This document shows positions 62,069 through 64,000 of a stretch of DNA of 64,000 nt, piece after piece. This DNA is from Azolla caroliniana (taxonomy: Eukaryota; Plantae; Polypodiophyta), in NCBI GenBank assembly GCA_043228905.1, contig JBHGNT010000001.1:35774001-35838000 (forward strand). The letters are read 5' to 3'. A program made the translations under genes and the position numbers. Under the pieces are notes generated by a model. The model saw nothing but the letters and a program-made list of their open reading frames with translations, was not told where the DNA came from and ran no database searches. Each line of letters starts with the position of its first letter. Position 1 is the stretch's first letter.

Positions 62069-64000
62069 TTAATCTATTTTGACCGATGAAAATAGGTAGT
62101 GAACGAACCAAAAAGATGTGAGAAACCCAACTGTACCGGTTGCAAGCATGATTGCCAATGCCATTAAGATCGAGTAACCAAGATATAATGTAGTTGAAAC
62201 AGAACCGCTGAGGCTGCGCAGATCAAACACCAAATAGTTAAGGGCGTAGAGGAACACATAAAGGCCAACTGATCCCGATGCAAAGAAGGATTTCCACCAC
62301 CATTGCCAATCTTCCACACACAAATGCATATAAGTGAGTACCACAGAGACCTCTGCGCAGACTATCACAAGCAGAAGCAAGACCACAAATAGGAACCCAA
62401 AAACATAGTATACTCTGCCAAGCCAGATGCTTGACATAATGAAGAAAAGTTCAATAAACAATGTTCCGAATGGTAAGGTCCCTGCTCCAAGCACTAGGAG
62501 CCATGATGGGTATTTCTGCTTTGGGATTTCTCTTGGAATCTGATTGGTTCGGACAGGATATTGTATATGTTCTGCCCTTGTACCCAAAAAGCCTCCCAAT
62601 AATGTCAAAGGTACAGAGATGCAGAACCATAGCGCCAGAAGGATGAAAAATAAAGAGATTGGAATAGCACCAGTACTCTTACTGGCCCAAAGCAAGAAGT
62701 TTAAGACCATCAGGATTCCAAAAGTGATGCCTGGGAAGAAGCATGCAACACGCCATGCAATGGATCTCCATCCATTAGAATCACCTTTGATAGTTCTCCA
62801 TAGTCTCACAGCAACATATCCAGCAGCTATTCCAAGGATGAGATAGAGGATTATTATCCCAGACAGAAGCATGCCCCGTGAAGCCGGAGACATGAAACCA
62901 AAGGCTGCAAAGAGGATTGTTACAATCCCCATCCCAGTAATCTGGATCCCATCTCCAATCATGATACATAGTAACTCAGCATGAGCTGGGGTCCTAAACA
63001 CATCTCCAACTACCAACTTCCAGCCAGATAATTCTTCTGCCATTTGTGCTTGGGCCTCTTTGTCTAATTCCTCGTATCTTGTTAGATCACGACGCACTGT
63101 CCTGAGGAATATAACAAACACAATTCCTGCGAGGAATAATATGACCATTAACGAGTTCAATATGGAGAACCAATGCACTCGGGAGCCATCCATCTTCAAA
63201 TACGCATCCCAACGAGAAGGCCACCTGATATCACTTTTTACAAAGTTTACTTGATAGGAAAAGACGATTTGCTCGCCTTCTTGGATACATTGCTGAGGAC
63301 CTTCATCACAGTCTACTGTAGGAGAAATATGGTCATACATATTAAGCTTCAAAATAGCCTCCTTATCTGCATGCCGAACACTACAAGGACTGACCTCAAA
63401 GCCAACCACCTGAAAACCTGAAGCATTTTTCCCACTCTCCACAGCAACAACGTCCAGGCCATCTCCAGTGCCCATCACACTGGTGACACCTGAGCTTTCA
63501 TACTCATGAATATAGACGATGAACCTCAAATGATTGATTATGCAGTGTTGCTTTTGGGCATCATCAAAGAAACCAACAGGAAATCCTGTCCATTGGAGAG
63601 TGGTTTCTCCTGTACTAATGTATCGGATGGCAGGCAGATTATCTAGCATGATGTTCACCTGATATAGGTCATTGATTCTTTGATTTAAAACCTTGACAGT
63701 GTCTGAACTGAGCTTAGGTGTAGTGCAAACATAGATGCTTGACTGATTAACATTCATATTAAACTTATAGGGAGAATTCTCAATGCGATCTCCCATAAGA
63801 AGTTCTCCGAGATTCTCAGCACTGTGCTTCTCGCCCTCAGCTGGCTTACAGAAAGGAAGGCTATAGTAGCTGAATGGAAGTTCAGTTTCGATTGACGTGA
63901 GAGAATTTACCATAACTGAGAGTGATTCGTTCAAGGCAAACTGTCTCATATAACTCCCAGGCAAGTAAAAAGCGTTGGCATTTAAAACACAAAGTGATAC
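62069..64000 (-). CDS. TMN: Transmembrane 9 superfamily (TM9SF/EMP70/TMN, TMN11/12-like) protein, 5' end beyond the right edge
   Basis: Uninterrupted ORF. The frame stays open to 64000 (..VSLCVLNANAFYLPGSY). Motifs: ELPFSYYSLPFC, ENLGELLMGDRIENSPY, WPSRWDAYL, VHWFSILNS, GWKLVVGDVFR, PVRTNQIPREIP, EDWQWWW, and C-terminal VKID (KxD/E Golgi-retention signal). Confidence 0.96.
   Translation of the reverse strand, partial: VSLCVLNANAFYLPGSYMRQFALNESLSVMVNSLTSIETELPFSYYSLPFCKPAEGEKHSAENLGELLMGDRIENSPYKFNMNVNQSSIYVCTTPKLSSDTVKVLNQRINDLYQVNIMLDNLPAIRYISTGETTLQWTGFPVGFFDDAQKQHCIINHLRFIVYIHEYESSGVTSVMGTGDGLDVVAVESGKNASGFQVVGFEVSPCSVRHADKEAILKLNMYDHISPTVDCDEGPQQCIQEGEQIVFSYQVNFVKSDIRWPSRWDAYLKMDGSRVHWFSILNSLMVILFLAGIVFVIFLRTVRRDLTRYEELDKEAQAQMAEELSGWKLVVGDVFRTPAHAELLCIMIGDGIQITGMGIVTILFAAFGFMSPASRGMLLSGIIILYLILGIAAGYVAVRLWRTIKGDSNGWRSIAWRVACFFPGITFGILMVLNFLLWASKSTGAIPISLFFILLALWFCISVPLTLLGGFLGTRAEHIQYPVRTNQIPREIPKQKYPSWLLVLGAGTLPFGTLFIELFFIMSSIWLGRVYYVFGFLFVVLLLLVIVCAEVSVVLTYMHLCVEDWQWWWKSFFASGSVGLYVFLYALNYLVFDLRSLSGSVSTTLYLGYSILMALAIMLATGTVGFLTSFWFVHYLFSSVKID

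Noticed and set aside
62461-63421. Plus-strand and alternate-frame ORFs overlapping TMN
   Set aside because: Shadow ORFs of a long conserved coding sequence.

Overview
Eukaryotic land-plant nuclear DNA with spliceosomal introns, microsatellites and LTR/LINE debris. A fern-like lineage is my inference, not something I can verify. Genes from left to right: NEF1-like membrane protein (-, runs off the left edge), a SIM + C3HC4-RING RNF4/STUbL-like E3 ligase (-, RING exon not shown in the ORF track), Tic22 (-), a PRP28/DDX23-type DEAD-box helicase in two tandem copies, an RGF/GOLVEN/CLEL peptide precursor (+), and a TM9SF/TMN gene (-, 5' end beyond the right edge). The centre (~19.7-55.5 kb) is one tandem segmental duplication with its junction at ~31975. 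Copy A is a pseudogene with deletions, a frameshift, motif mutations and two near-perfect 5-unit tandem arrays (545 bp and ~210 bp). Copy B is intact (25 coding exons, one GC-AG intron, a duplicated terminal exon). Upstream of copy B lie two solo LTRs and a truncated Ty1/copia carrying a nested hAT-like MITE. I found no clearly new multi-gene system. The best leads are the long RGF precursor, the splicing and duplication features of PRP28, a 77-nt intronic hairpin and the STUbL with an EAR-like motif. Exon coordinates were derived by hand.
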